Shown here: positions 15,001-30,000 of the stretch, piece by piece
How positions within the stretch are numbered: position 1 is the first letter of the stretch
Layout of the letters: each line of letters begins with the position of its first letter
Assembly: GCA_964035575.1 (NCBI GenBank)
Contig: OZ037841.1
Location: forward strand, 806,001 to 870,000
Reading direction: 5' to 3'
From: Rhynchopus sp. YZ270_cl-10
Taxonomy: Eukaryota
Length of the DNA stretch: 64,000 bases
The notes under the pieces: model-generated
Databases searched by the model: none
What the model was told of the DNA's origin: nothing
What the model saw: the letters and a program-made list of their open reading frames with translations, nothing else
Made by a program: the position numbers and the translations under genes

Positions 15001-18000
15001 GCTGCTTTCGACGCGTTGTTTTGGTTGCGTTACAACGCGTTGTTTTCGACGCGTTGTTTTGGTTGCGTTACAACGCACTGTTTTCGACGCGTTGTTTTGG
15101 TTGCGTTACAACGCGCTGCTTTCGACGCGTTGTTTTGGATGCGTTACAACGCGCTGCTTTCGACGCGTTGTTTTGGTTGCGTTACAACGCGTTGTTTTCG
15201 ACGCGTTGTTTTGGTTGCGTTACAACGCACTGTTTTCGACGCGTTGTTTTGGTTGCGTTACAACGCGCTGCTTTCGACGCGTTGTTTTGGTTGCGTTACA
15301 ACGCGTTGTTTTCGACGCGTTGTTTTGTTTGCGTTACAACGCGCTGTTTTCGACGCGTTGTTTTGGTTGCGTTACAACGCGCTGCTTTCGACGCGTTGTT
15401 TTGGTTGCGTTACAACGCGTTGTTTTCGACGCGTTGTTTTGGTTGCGTTACAACGCACTGTTTTCGACGCGTTGTTTTGGTTGCGTTACAACGCGCTGCT
15501 TTCGACGCGTTGTTTTGGTTGCGTTACAACGCGTTGTTTTCGACGCGTTGTTTTGTTTGCGTTACAACGCGCTGCTTTGGACGCGTTGTTTTGGTTGCGT
15601 TACAACGCGCTGCTTTCGACGCGTTGTTTTGGTTGCGTTACAACGCGTTGTTTTCGACGCGTTGTTTTGTTTGCGCTACAACGCGCTGTTTTCGACGCGT
15701 TGTTTTGGTTGCGTTACAACGCGCTGCTTTCGACGCGTTGTTTTGGTTGCGTTACAACGCGTTGTTTTCGACGCGTTGTTTTGGTTGCGTTCCAACGCGC
15801 TGTTTTCGACGCGTTGTTTTGTTTGCGTTACAACGCGATGCTTTCGACGCGTTGTTTTGGTTGCGTTACAACGCGATGCTTTCGACGCGTTGTTTTGGTT
15901 GCGTTACAACGCGCTGCTTTCGACGCGTTGTTTTGGTTGCGTTACAACGCGCTGTTTTCGACGCGTTGTTTTGGTTGCGTTACAACGCGTGGCTTTCGAC
16001 GCGTTGTTTTGGTTGCGTTACAACGCGCTGCTTTCTACGCGTTGTTTTGTTTGCGTTACAACGCGTGGCTTTCGACGCGTTGTTTTGTTTGCGTTACAAC
16101 GCGATGCTTTCGACGCGTTGTTTTGGTTGCGTTACAACGCGATGCTTTCGACGCGTTGTTTTGGATGCGTTACAACGCGCTGCTTTCGACGCGTTGTTTT
16201 GGATGCGTTACAACGCGCTGCTTTGGACGCGTTGTTTTGGATGCGTTACAACGCGCTGCTTTCGACGCGTTGTTTTGGTTGCGTTACAACGCGATGCTTT
16301 CGACGCGTTGTTTTGGATGCGTTACAACGCGCTGCTTTCGACGCGTTGTTTTGGTTGCGTTACAACGCGTGGCTTTCGACGCGTTGTTTTGTTTGCGTTA
16401 CAACGCGCTGCTTTCGACGCGTTGTTTTGGTTGCGTTACAACGCGCTGCTTTCGACGCGTTGTTTTGTTTGCGTTACAACGCGCTGCTTTCGACGCGTTG
16501 TTTTGTTTGCGTTACAACGCGCTGCTTTCGACGCGTTGTTTTGGATGCGTTACAACGCGCTGCTTTCGACGCGTTGTTTTGGATGCGTTACAACGCGCTG
16601 CTTTCGACGCGTTGTTTTGGTTGCGTTACAACGCGCTGCTTTCGACGCGTTGTTTTGGTTGCGTTACAACGCGCTGTTTTCGACGCGTTGTTTTGGTTGC
16701 GTTACAACGCGCTGCTTTCGACGCGTTGTTTTGTTTGCGTTACAACGCGCTGCTTTCGACGCGTTGTTTTGTTTGCGTTACAACGCGCTGCTTTCGACGC
16801 GTTGTTTTGGTTGCGTTACAACGCGATGCTTTCGACGCGTTGTTTTGGATGCGTTACAACGCGCTGCTTTCGACGCGTTGTTTTGGATGCGTTACAACGC
16901 GCTGTTTTCGACGCGTTGTTTTGTTTGCGTTACAACGCGCTGCTTTCGACGCGTTGTTTTGGATGCGTTACAACGCGCTGCTTTCGACGCGTTGTTTTGG
17001 ATGCGTTACAACGCGCTGCTTTCGACGCGTTGTTTTGTTTGCGTTACAACGCGCTGCTTTCGACGCGTTGTTTTGGATGCGTTACAACGCGCTGCTTTCG
17101 ACGCGTTGTTTTGGATGCGTTACAACGCGCTGCTTTCGACGCGTTGTTTTGGTTGCGTTACAACGCGTTGTTTTCGACGCGTTGTTTTGTTTGCGTTACA
17201 ACGCGCTGCTTTGGACGCGTTGTTTTGGTTGCGTTACAACGCGAAGCTTTCGACGCGTTGTTTTGTTTGCGTTACAACGCGCTGCTTTCGACGTGTTGTT
17301 TTGGTTGCGTTACAACGCGCTGCTTTCGACGCGTTGTTTTGGTTGCGTTACAACGCGCTGCTTTCGACGCGTTGTTTTGTTTGCGTTACAACGCGCTGCT
17401 TTCGACGTGTTGTTTTGGTTGCGTTACAACGCGCTGCTTTCGACGCGTTGTTTTGGTTGCGTTACAACGCGCTGTTTTCGACGCGTTGTTTTGGTTGCGT
17501 TACAACGCGCTGCTTTCGACGCGTTGTTTTGTTTGCGTTACAACGCGCTGCTTTCGACGCGTTGTTTTGGATGCGTTACAACGCGATGCTTTCGACGCGT
17601 TGTTTTGGATGCGTTACAACGCGCTGCTTTCGACCCGTTGTTTTGGTTGCGTTACAACGCGCTGCTTTCGACGCGTTGTTTTGGTTGCGTTACAACGCGC
17701 TGTTTTCGACGCGTTGTTTTGGTTGCGTTACAACGCGCTGCTTTCGACGCGTTGTTTTGGATGCGTTACAACGCGCTGCTTTCGACGCGTTGTTTTGGTT
17801 GCGTTACAACGCGCTGCTTTCGACGCGTTGTTTTGGTTGCGTTACAACGCGCTGCTTTCGACGCGTTGTTTTGGTTGCGTTACAACGCGCTGTTTTCGAC
17901 GCGTTGTTTTGGTTGCGTTACAACGCGCTGCTTTCGACGCGTTGTTTTGGTTGCGTTACAACGCGCTGTTTTCGACGCGTTGTTTTGTTTGCGTTACAAC

Positions 18001-21000
18001 GCGCTGCTTTCGACGCGTTGTTTTGGTTGCGTTACAACGCGCTGCTTTCGACGCGTTGTTTTGGATGCGTTACAACGCGCTGCTTTCGACGCGTTGTTTT
18101 GGTTGCGTTACAACGCGTTGTTTTCGACGCGTTGTTTTGTTTGCGTTACAACGCGCTGTTTTCGACGCGTTGTTTTGGTTGCGTTACAACGCGCTGCTTT
18201 CGACGCGTTGTTTTGGTTGCGTTACAACGCGTTGTTTTCGACGCGTTGTTTTGGTTGCGTTACAACGCACTGTTTTCGACGCGTTGTTTTGGTTGCGTTA
18301 CAACGCGCTGCTTTCGACGCGTTGTTTTGGTTGCGTTACAACGCGTTGTTTTCGACGCGTTGTTTTGTTTGCGTTACAACGCGCTGTTTTCGACGCGTTG
18401 TTTTGGTTGCGTTACAACGCGCTGCTTTCGACGCGTTGTTTTGGATGCGTTACAACGCGCTGCTTTCGACGCGTTGTTTTGGTTGCGTTACAACGCGTTG
18501 TTTTCGACGCGTTGTTTTGTTTGCGTTACAACGCGCTGCTTTCGACGCGTTGTTTTGGTTGCGTTACAACGCGTTGTTTTCGACGCGTTGTTTTGGTTGC
18601 GTTACAACGCACTGTTTTCGACGCGTTGTTTTGGTTGCGTTACAACGCGCTGCTTTCGACGCGTTGTTTTGGTTGCGTTACAACGCGTTGTTTTCGACGC
18701 GTTGTTTTGGTTGCGTTACAACGCACTGTTTTCGACGCGTTGTTTTGGTTGCGTTACAACGCGCTGCTTTCGACGCGTTGTTTTGGTTGCGTTACAACGC
18801 GTTGTTTTCGACGCGTTGTTTTGGTTGCGTTACAACGCACTGTTTTCGACGCGTTGTTTTGGTTGCGTTACAACGCGCTGCTTTCGACGCGTTGTTTTGT
18901 TTGCGTTACAACGCGCTGTTTTCGACGCGTTGTTTTGGTTGCGTTACAACGCGTTGTTTTCGACGCGTTGTTTTGGTTGCGTTCCAACGCGCTGTTTTCG
19001 ACGCGTTGTTTTGTTTGCGTTACAACGCGATGCTTTCGACGCGTTGTTTTGGTTGCGTTACAACGCGATGCTTTCGACGCGTTGTTTTGGTTGCGTTACA
19101 ACGCGCTGCTTTCGACGCGTTGTTTTGGTTGCGTTACAACGCGCTGTTTTCGACGCGTTGTTTTGGTTGCGTTACAACGCGTGGCTTTCGACGCGTTGTT
19201 TTGGTTGCGTTACAACGCGCTGCTTTCTACGCGTTGTTTTGTTTGCGTTACAACGCGCTGCTTTCGACGCGTTGTTTTGTTTGCGTTACAACGCGATGCT
19301 TTCGACGCGTTGTTTTGGTTGCGTTACAACGCGATGCTTTCGACGCGTTGTTTTGGATGCGTTACAACGCGCTGCTTTCGACGCGTTGTTTTGGATGCGT
19401 TACAACGCGCTGCTTTCGACGCGTTGTTTTGGTTGCGTTACAACGCGTGGCTTTCGACGCGTTGTTTTGGTTGCGTTACAACGCGCTGCTTTCTACGCGT
19501 TGTTTTGTTTGCGTTACAACGCGCTGCTTTCGACGCGTTGTTTTGTTTGCGTTACAACGCGATGCTTTCGACGCGTTGTTTTGGTTGCGTTACAACGCGA
19601 TGCTTTCGACGCGTTGTTTTGGATGCGTTACAACGCGCTGCTTTCGACGCGTTGTTTTGGATGCGTTACAACGCGCTGCTTTCGACGCGTTGTTTTGGTT
19701 GCGTTACAACGCGTGGCTTTCGACGCGTTGTTTTGTTTGCGTTACAACGCGCTGCTTTCGACGCGTTGTTTTGGTTGCGTTACAACGCGCTGCTTTCGAC
19801 GCGTTGTTTTGTTTGCGTTACAACGCGCTGCTTTCGACGCGTTGTTTTGTTTGCGTTACAACGCGCTGCTTTCGACGCGTTGTTTTGTTTGCGTTACAAC
19901 GCGCTGCTTTCGACGCGTTGTTTTGGATGCGTTACAACGCGCTGCTTTCGACGCGTTGTTTTGTTTGCGTTACAACGCGCTGCTTTCGACGCGTTGTTTT
20001 GGATGCGTTACAACGCGCTGCTTTCGACGCGTTGTTTTGGATGCGTTACAACGCGCTGCTTTCGACGCGTTGTTTTGGTTGCGTTACAACGCGCTGCTTT
20101 CGACGCGTTGTTTTGGTTGCGTTACAACGCGCTGTTTTCGACGCGTTGTTTTGGTTGCGTTACAACGCGCTGCTTTCGACGCGTTGTTTTGTTTGCGTTA
20201 CAACGCGCTGCTTTCGACGCGTTGTTTTGTTTGCGTTACAACGCGATGCTTTCGACGCGTTGTTTTGGTTGCGTTACAACGCGCTGCTTTCGACGCGTTG
20301 TTTTGTTTGCGTTACAACGCGCTGCTTTCGACGCGTTGTTTTGTTTGCGTTACAACGCGCTGCTTTCGACGCGTTGTTTTGGATGCGTTACAACGCGCTG
20401 CTTTCGACGCGTTGTTTTGTTTGCGTTACAACGCGCTGCTTTCGACGCGTTGTTTTGGATGCGTTACAACGCGCTGCTTTCGACGCGTTGTTTTGGTTGC
20501 GTTACAACGCGCTGCTTTCGACGCGTTGTTTTGGTTGCGTTACAACGCGCTGTTTTCGACGCGTTGTTTTGGTTGCGTTACAACGCGCTGCTTTCGACGC
20601 GTTGTTTTGTTTGCGTTACAACGCGCTGCTTTCGACGCGTTGTTTTGTTTGCGTTACAACGCGATGCTTTCGACGCGTTGTTTTGGTTGCGTTACAACGC
20701 GATGCTTTCGACGCGTTGTTTTGGATGCGTTACAACGCGCTGCTTTCGACGCGTTGTTTTGTTTGCGTTACAACGCGCTGCTTTCGACGCGTTGTTTTGT
20801 TTGCGTTACAACGCGATGCTTTCGACGCGTTGTTTTGGTTGCGTTACAACGCGATGCTTTCGACGCGTTGTTTTGGATGCGTTACAACGCGCTGTTTTCG
20901 ACGCGTTGTTTTGGATGCGTTACAACGCGCTGCTTTCGACGCGTTGTTTTGGATGCGTTACAACGCGCTGCTTTCGACGCGTTGTTTTGTTTGCGTTACA

Positions 21001-24000
21001 ACGCGCTGCTTTCGACACGTTGTTTTGGATGCGTTACAACGCGCTGCTTTCGACGCGTTGTTTTGTTTGCGTTACAACGCGCTGCTTTCGACGCGTTGTT
21101 TTGTTTGCGTTACAACGCGATGCTTTCGACGCGTTGTTTTGGATGCGTTACAACGCGCTGCTTTCGACGCGTTGTTTTGTTTGCGTTACAACGCGTGGCT
21201 TTCGACACGTTGTTTTGGTTGCGTTACAACGCGCTGCTTTCGACGCGTTGTTTTGGATGCGTTACAACGCGCTGCTTTCGACACGTTGTTTTGGATGCGT
21301 TACAACGCGCTGCTTTCGACGCGTTGTTTTGGATGCGTTACAACGCGCTGCTTTCGACGCGTTGTTTTGTTTGCGTTACAACGCGCTGCTTTCGTCGCGT
21401 TGTTTTGGATGCGTTACAACGCGATGCTTTCGACGCGTTGTTTTGTTTGCGTTACAACGCGCTGCTTTCGACGCGTTGTTTTGGTTGCGTTACAACGCGC
21501 TGCTTTCGACGCGTTGTTTTGGATGCGTTACAACGCGCTGCTTTCGACACGTTGTTTTGGTTGCGTTACAACGCGCTGTTTTCGACGCGTTGTTTTGGTT
21601 GCGTTACAACGCGCTGCTTTCGACGCGTTGTTTTGGTTGCGTTACAACGCGCTGTTTTCGACGCGTTGTTTTGGATGCGTTACAACGCGCTGCTTTCGAC
21701 GCGTTGTTTTGGATGCGTTACAACGCGTGGCTTTCGACGCGTTGTTTTGGTTGCGTCACAACGCGCTGCTTTCGACGCGTTGTTTTGGTTGCGTTACAAC
21801 GCGCTGCTTTCGACGCGTTGTTTTGGATACGTTACAACGCGCTGCTTTCGACGCGTTGTTTTGGTTGCGTCACAACGCGCTGCTTTCGACACGTTGTTTT
21901 GGTTGCGTTACAACGCGCTGTTTTCGACGCGTTGTTTTGGATGCGTTACAACGCGTGGCTTTCGATGCGTTGTTTTGGTTGCGTTACAACGCGCTGCTTT
22001 CGACGCGTTGTTTTGGTTGCGTTACAACGCGATGCTTTCGACGCGTTGTTTTGGTTGCGTCACAACGCGCTGCTTTCGACGCGTTGTTTTGGTTGCGTCA
22101 CAACGCGCTGCTTTCGACGCGTTGTTTTGTTTGCGTTACAACGCTCTGCTTTGGACGCGTTGTTTTGGTTGCGTTACAACGCGCTGCTTTCGACGCGTTG
22201 TTTTGGTTGCGTTACAACGCGATGCTTTCGACGCGTTGTTTTGGTTGCGTCACAACGCGCTGCTTTCGACGCGTTGTTTTGGTTGCGTCACAACGCGCTG
22301 CTTTCGACGCGTTGTTTTGTTTGCGTTACAACGCTCTGCTTTGGACGCGTTGTTTTGGTTGCGTCACAACGCGATGCTTTCGACGCGTTGTTTTGGTTGC
22401 GTCACAACGCGCTGCTTTCGACGCGTTGTTTTGGATGCGTTACAACGCGCTGCTTTCGACGCGTTGTTTTGGTTGCGTTACAACGCGTGGCTTTCGACAC
22501 GTTGTTTTGGTTGCGTTACAGCGCGCTGCTTTCGACGCGTTGTTTTGGTTGCGTTACAACGCGTGGCTTTCGACGCGTTGTTTTGTTTGCGTTACAACGC
22601 GTGGCTTTCGACACGTTGTTTTGGTTGCGTCACAACGCGCTGTTTTCGACGCGTTGTTTTGGTTGCGTCACAACGCGCTGTTTTCGACGCGTTGTTTTGG
22701 ATGCGTTACAGCGCGCTGTTTTCGACGCGTTGTTTTGGTTGCGTCACAACGCGCTGCTTTCGACGCGTTGTTTTGGTTGCGTTACAGCGCGCTGCTTTCG
22801 ACGCGTTGTTTTGGTTGCGTTACAACGCGTGGCTTTCGACACGTTGTTTTGGTTGCGTCACAACGCGCTCTTTTCGACACGTTGTTTTGGATGCGTCACA
22901 ACGCGCTGCTTTCGACGCGTTGTTTTGGTTGCGTTACAACGCGCTGCTTTCGACGCGTTGTTTTGGATGCGTTACAACGCGCTGCTTTCGACGCGTTGTA
23001 TTGGTTGCTTTACAACGCGCTGTTTTCGACGCGTGGTTTTGGTTGCGTCACAACGCGTGGCTTTCGACGCGTTGTTTTGGATGCGTTACAACGCGCTGCT
23101 TTCGACGCGTTGTTTTGGTTGCGTTACAACGCGCTGGTTTCGACGCGTTGTATTGGTTGCTTTACAACGCGCTCTTTTCGACGCGTTGTTTTGGTTGCGT
23201 CACAACGCGCTGCTTTCGACGCGTTGTTTTGGATGCGTTACAACGCGTGGCTTTCGACGCGTTGTTTTGGTTGCGTTACAACGCGCTGCTTTCGACGCGT
23301 TGTTTTGGTTGCGTTACAACGCGTGGCTTTCGACACGTTGTTTTGGATGCGTTACAACGCGTGGCTTTCGACGCGTTGTTTTGGTTGCGTTACAACGCGC
23401 TGTTTTCGACACGTTGTTTTGGTTGCGTTACAACGCGCTGTTTTCGACGCGTTGTTTTGGATGCGTTACAACGCGTGGCTTTCGACGCGTTGTTTTGGTT
23501 GCGTTCCAACGCGCTGTTTTCGACACGTTGTTTTGGATGCGTTACAACGCGCTGCTTTCGACGCGTTGTTTTGGATGCGTTACAACGCGTGGCTTTCGAC
23601 GCGTTGTTTTGGATTCGTTACAACGCGCTGTTTTCGACGCGTTATTTTGTTTGCGTTACAACGCGCTACTTTCGACGCGTTGTTTTGGTTGCGTTACAAC
23701 GCGCTGTTTTCGACGCGTTGTTTTGGATGCGTTACAACGCGTGGCTTTCGACGCGTTGTTTTGGATGCGTTACAACGCGCTGTTTTCGACGCGTTATTTT
23801 GTTTGCGTTACAACGCGCTACTTTCGACGCGTTGTTTTGGTTGCGTTACAACGCGCTGTTTTCGACGCGTTGTTTTGGTTGCGTTACAACGCGATGCTTT
23901 CGACGCGTTGTTTTGGTTGCGTCACAACGCGCTGTTTTCGACGCGTTGTTTTGTTTGCGTTACAACGCGCTGCTTTGGACGCGTTGTTTTGGTTGCGTTA

Positions 24001-27000
24001 CAACGCGATGCTTTCGACGCGTTGTTTTGTTTGCGTTACAACGCGCTACTTTCGACGCGTTGTTTTGGTTGCGTTACAACGCGTGGCTTTCGACGCGTTG
24101 TTTTGGTTGCGTTACAACGCGCTGTTTTCGACGCGTTGTTTTGGATGCGTTACAACGCGCTGCTTTCGACGCGTTGTTTTGTTTGCGTTACAACGCGCTG
24201 CTTTCGACGCGTTGTTTTGGATGCGTTACAACGCGCTGCTTTCGACGCGTTGTTTTGGTTGCGTTACAACGCGCTGTTTTCGACGCGTTGTTTTGGTTGC
24301 GTTACAACGCGCTGTTTTCGACGCGTTGTTTTGTTTGCGTTACAACGCGCTGTTTTCGACGCGTTGTTTTGGTTGCGTTACAACGCGTGGCTTTCGACGC
24401 GTTGTTTTGGTTGCGTTGCAACGCGCTGCTTTCGACGCGTTGTTTTGTTTGCGTTACAACGCGCTGCTTTCGACGCGTTGTTTTGGATGCGTTACAACGC
24501 GCTGCTTTCGACGCGTTGTTTTGGTTGCGGTACAACGCGCTGCTTTCGACACGTTGTTTTGGATGCGTTACAACGCGCTGCTTTCGACGCGTTGTTTTGG
24601 TTGCGTTACAACGCGTGGATTTCGACGCGTTGTTTTGGTTGCGTTACAACGCGCTGCTTTCGACACGTTGTTTTGGTTGCGTTACAACGCGTGGCTTTCG
24701 ATGCGTTGTTTTGGTTGCGTTACAACGCGCTGCTTTCGACGCGTTGTTTTGGTTGCGTCACAACGCGCTGCTTTCGACGCGTTGTTTTCGTTGCGTTACA
24801 ACGCGCTGCTTTGGACGCGTTGTTTTGGTTGCGTTACAACGCGATGCTTTCGACGCGTTGTTTTGGTTGCGTTACAACGCGCTGCTTTCGACACGTTGTT
24901 TTGGATGCGTTACAACGCGCTGCTTTCGACACGTTGTTTTGGATGCGTTACAACGCGATGCTTTCGACGCGTTGTTTTGTTTGCGTTACAACGCGCTGCT
25001 TTCGACACGTTGTTTTGGATGCGTTACAACGCGCTGCTTTCGACGCGTTGTTTTGGATGCGTTACAACGCGCTGCTTTCGACGCGTTGTTTTGTTTGCGT
25101 TACAACGCGCTGCTTTCGACGCGTTGTTTTGGATGCGTTACAACGCGATGCTTTCGACACGTTGTTTTGGTTGCGTTACAACGCGTGGCTTTCGACACGT
25201 TGTTTTGGTTGCGTTACAACGCGCTGTTTTCGACGCGTTGTTTTGGTTGCGTTACAACGCGCTGCTTTCGACGCGTTGTTTTGGATGCGTTACAACGCGC
25301 TGCTTTCGACACGTTGTTTTGGATGCGTTACAACGCGCTGCTTTCGACGCGTTGTTTTGGATGCGTTACAACGCGCTGCTTTCGACGCGTTGTTTTGTTT
25401 GCGTTACAACGCGCTGCTTTCGTCGCGTTGTTTTGGATGCGTTACAACGCGATGCTTTCGACGCGTTGTTTTGTTTCCGTTACAACGCGCTGCTTTCGAC
25501 GCGTTGTTTTGGATGCGTTACAACGCGCTGCTTTCGACACGTTGTTTTGGTTGCGTTACAACGCGCTGTTTTCGACGCGTTGTTTTGGTTGCGTTACAAC
25601 GCGCTGCTTTCGACGCGTTGTTTTGGTTGCGTTACAACGCGCTGTTTTCGACGCGTTGTTTTGGATGCGTTACAACGCGCTGCTTTCGACGCGTTGTTTT
25701 GGATGCGTTACAACGCGCTGCTTTCGACGCGTTGTTTTGGATGCGTTACAACGCGCTGCTTTCGACGCGTTGTTTTGGTTGCGTTACAACGCGTTGTTTT
25801 CGACGCGTTGTTTTGTTTGCGTTACAACGCGCTGCTTTCGACGCGTTGTTTTGGTTGCGTCACAACGCGCTGCTTTCGACACGTTGTTTTGGTTGCGTTA
25901 CAACGCGCTGTTTTCGACGCGTTGTTTTGGATGCGTTACAACGCGTGGCTTTCGATGCGTTGTTTTGGTTGCGTTACAACGCGCTGCTTTCGACGCGTTG
26001 TTTTGGTTGCGTTACAACGCGATGCTTTCGACGCGTTGTTTTGGTTGCGTCACAACGCGCTGCTTTCGACGCGTTGTTTTGGTTGCGTCACAACGCGCTG
26101 CTTTCGACGCGTTGTTTTGTTTGCGTTACAACGCTCTGCTTTGGACGCGTTGTTTTGGTTGCGTTACAACGCGATGCTTTCGACGCGTTGTTTTGGATGC
26201 GTTACAACGCGCTGCTTTCGACCCGTTGTTTTGGTTGCGTTACAACGCGCTGCTTTCGACGCGTTGTTTTGGTTGCGTTACAACGCGCTGCTTTCGACGC
26301 GTTGTTTTGGTTGCGTTACAACGCGCTGTTTTCGACGCGTTGTTTTGGTTGCGTTACAACGCGCTGCTTTCGACACGTTGTTTTGTTTGCGTTACAACGC
26401 GCTGCTTTCGACGCGTTGTTTTGGATGCGTTACAACGCGATGCTTTCGACGCGTTGTTTTGGATGCGTTACAACGCGCTGCTTTCGACCCGTTGTTTTGG
26501 TTGCGTTACAACGCGCTGCTTTCGACGCGTTGTTTTGGTTGCGTTACAACGCGCTGTTTTCGACGCGTTGTTTTGGTTGCGTTACAACGCGCTGCTTTCG
26601 ACGCGTTGTTTTGGATGCGTTACAACGCGATGCTTTCGACGCGTTGTTTTGGATGCGTTACAACGCGCTTCTTTCGACGCGTTGTTTTGGTTGCGTTACA
26701 ACGCGCTGCTTTCGACGCGTTGTTTTGGTTGCGTTACAACGCGCTGTTTTCGACGCGTTGTTTTGTTTGCGTTACAACGCGCTGCTTTCGACGCGTTGTT
26801 TTGGTTGCGTTACAACGCGCTGCTTTCGACGCGTTGTTTTGGATGCGTTACAACGCGCTGCTTTCGACGCGTTGTTTTGGTTGCGTTACAACGCGTTGTT
26901 TTCGACGCGTTGTTTTGTTTGCGTTACAACGCGCTGTTTTCGACGCGTTGTTTTGGTTGCGTTACAACGCGCTGCTTTCGACGCGTTGTTTTGGTTGCGT

Positions 27001-30000
27001 TACAACGCGTTGTTTTCGACGCGTTGTTTTGGTTGCGTTGCAACGCGCTGTTTTCGACGCGTTGTTTTGGTTGCGTTACAACGCGTTGTTTTCGACGCGT
27101 TGTTTTGTTTGCGTTACAACGCGCTGTTTTCGACGCGTTGTTTTGGTTGCGTTACAACGCGCTGCTTTCGACGCGTTGTTTTGGTTGCGTTACAACGCGT
27201 TGTTTTCGACGCGTTGTTTTGGTTGCGTTACAACGCGCTGTTTTCGACGCGTTGTTTTGGTTGCGTTACAACGCGCTGCTTTCGACGCGTTGTTTTGGTT
27301 GCGTTACAACGCGTTGTTTTCGACGCGTTGTTTTGGTTGCGTTACAACGCGTGGCTTTCGACGCGTTGTTTTGGTTGCGTTACAACGCGCTGCTTTCGAC
27401 GCGTTGTTTTGTTTGCGTTACAACGCGCTGCTTTCGACGCGTTGTTTTGTTTGCGTTACAACGCGATGCTTTCGACGCGTTGTTTTGGTTGCGTTACAAC
27501 GCGATGCTTTCGACGCGTTGTTTTGGATGCGTTACAACGCGCTGCTTTCGACGCGTTGTTTTGGATGCGTTACAACGCGCTGCTTTGGACGCGTTGTTTT
27601 GGTTGCGTTACAACGCGAAGCTTTCGACGCGTTGTTTTGGATGCGTTACAACGCGCTGCTTTCGACGCGTTGTTTTGGTTGCGTTACAACGCGCTGCTTT
27701 CGACGCGTTGTTTTGGTTGCGTTACAACGCGTGGCTTTCGACGCGTTGTTTTGGTTGCGTTACAACGCGCTGCTTTCGACGCGTTGTTTTGTTTGCGTTA
27801 CAACGCGCTGCTTTCGACGCGTTGTTTTGTTTGCGTTACAACGCGCTGCTTTCGACGCGTTGTTTTGGATGCGTTACAACGCGCTGCTTTCGACGCGTTG
27901 TTTTGTTTGCGTTACAACGCGCTGCTTTCGACGCGTTGTTTTGGATGCGTTACAACGCGCTGCTTTCGACGCGTTGTTTTGGTTGCGTTACAACGCGCTG
28001 TTTTCGACGCGTTGTTTTGGTTGCGTTACAACGCGCTGCTTTCGACGCGTTGTTTTGTTTGCGTTACAACGCGCTGCTTTCGACGCGTTGTTTTGTTTGC
28101 GTTACAACGCGATGCTTTCGACGCGTTGTTTTGGTTGCGTTACAACGCTCTGCTTTGGACGCGTTGTTTTGTTTGCGTTACAACGCGCTGCTTTCGACGC
28201 GTTGTTTTGGATGCGTTACAACGCGCTGCTTTCGACGCGTTGTTTTGGATGCGTTACAACGCGCTGCTTTCGACGCGTTGTTTTGGTTGCGTTACAACGC
28301 GCTGCTTTCGACGCGTTGTTTTGGTTGCGTTACAACGCGCTGCTTTCGACGCGTTGTTTTGGATTCGTTACAACGCGCTGCTTTCTACGCGTTGTTTTGG
28401 ATGCGTCACAACGCGCTGTTTTCGCCACGTTGTTTTGGTTGCGTTACAACGCGATGCTTTCGACGCGTTGTTTTGGTTGCGTTACAGCGCGCTGCTTTCG
28501 ACACGTTGTTTTGGATGCGTTACAACGCGCTGCTTTCGACGCGTTGTTTTGGATTCGTTACAACGCGCTGCTTTCTACGCGTTGTTGTGGATGCGTTACA
28601 ACGCGCTGCTTTCGACACGTTGTTTTGGTTGCGTTACAACGCGCTGTTTTCGACGCGTTGTTTTGGATGCGTTACAACGCGTGGCTTTCGACGCGTTGTT
28701 TTGGTTGCGTTCCAACGCGCTGTTTTCGACACGTTGTTTTGGATGCGTTACAACGCGCTGCTTTCGACGCGTTGTTTTGGATGCGTTACAACGCGTGGCT
28801 TTCGACGCGTTGTTTTGGATTCGTTACAACGCGCTGCTTTCGACGCGTTGTTTTGGTTGCGTTACAACGCGCTGTTTTCGACGCGTTATTTTGTTTGCGT
28901 TACAACGCGCTACTTTCGACGCGTTGTTTTGGTTGCGTTACAACGCGCTGTTTTCGACGCGTTGTTTTGGTTGCGTTACAACGCGCTGCTTTGGACGCGT
29001 TGTTTTGGTTGCGTTACAACGCGATGCTTTCGACGCGTTGTTTTGTTTGCGTTACAACGCGCTACTTTCGACGCGTTGTTTTGGATGCGTTACAACGCGC
29101 TGCTTTCGACGCGTTGTTTTGGTTGCGTTACAACGCGCTGTTTTCGACGCGTTGTTTTGGTTGCGTTACAACGCGTGGCTTTCGACGCGTTGTTTTGGTT
29201 GCGTTACAACGCGCTGTTTTCGACGCGTTGTTTTGGTTGCGTTACAACGCGCTGCTTTCGACGCGTTGTTTTGTTTGCGTTACAACGCGCTGCTTTCGAC
29301 GCGTTGTTTTGGATGCGTTACAACGCGCTGCTTTCGACGCGTTGTTTTGGATGCGTTACAACGCGCTGCTTTCGACGCGTTGTTTTGTTTGCGTTACAAC
29401 GCGCTACTTTCGACGCGTTGTTTTGTTTGCGTTACAACGCGCTGCTTTCGACGCGTTGTTTTGGTTGCGTTACAACGCGCTGTTTTCGACGCGTTGTTTT
29501 GGTTGCGTTACAACGCGCTGTTTTCGACGCGTTGTTTTGTTTGCGTTACAACGCGCTGCTTTCGACGCGTTGTTTTGGTTGCGTTGCAACGCGCTGTTTT
29601 CGACGCGTTGTTTTGGTTGCGTTACAACGCGCTGCTTTCGACGCGTTGTTTTGGTTGCGTTGCAACGCGCTGTTTTCGACGCGTTGTTTTGGTTGCGTTA
29701 CAACGCGCTGTTTTCGACGCGTTGTTTTGGTTGCGTTACAACGCGCTGTTTTCGACGCGTTGTTTTGTTTGCGTTACAACGCGCTGCTTTCGACGCGTTG
29801 TTTTGGTTGCGTTGCAACGCGCTGCTTTCGACGCGTTGTTTTGTTTGCGTTACAACGCGCTGCTTTCGACGCGTTGTTTTGGATGCGGTACAACGCGCTG
29901 CTTTCGACACGTTGTTTTGGATGCGTTACAACGCGCTGCTTTCGACACGTTGTTTTGGATGCGTTACAACGCGCTGCTTTCGACGCGTTGTTTTGGTTGC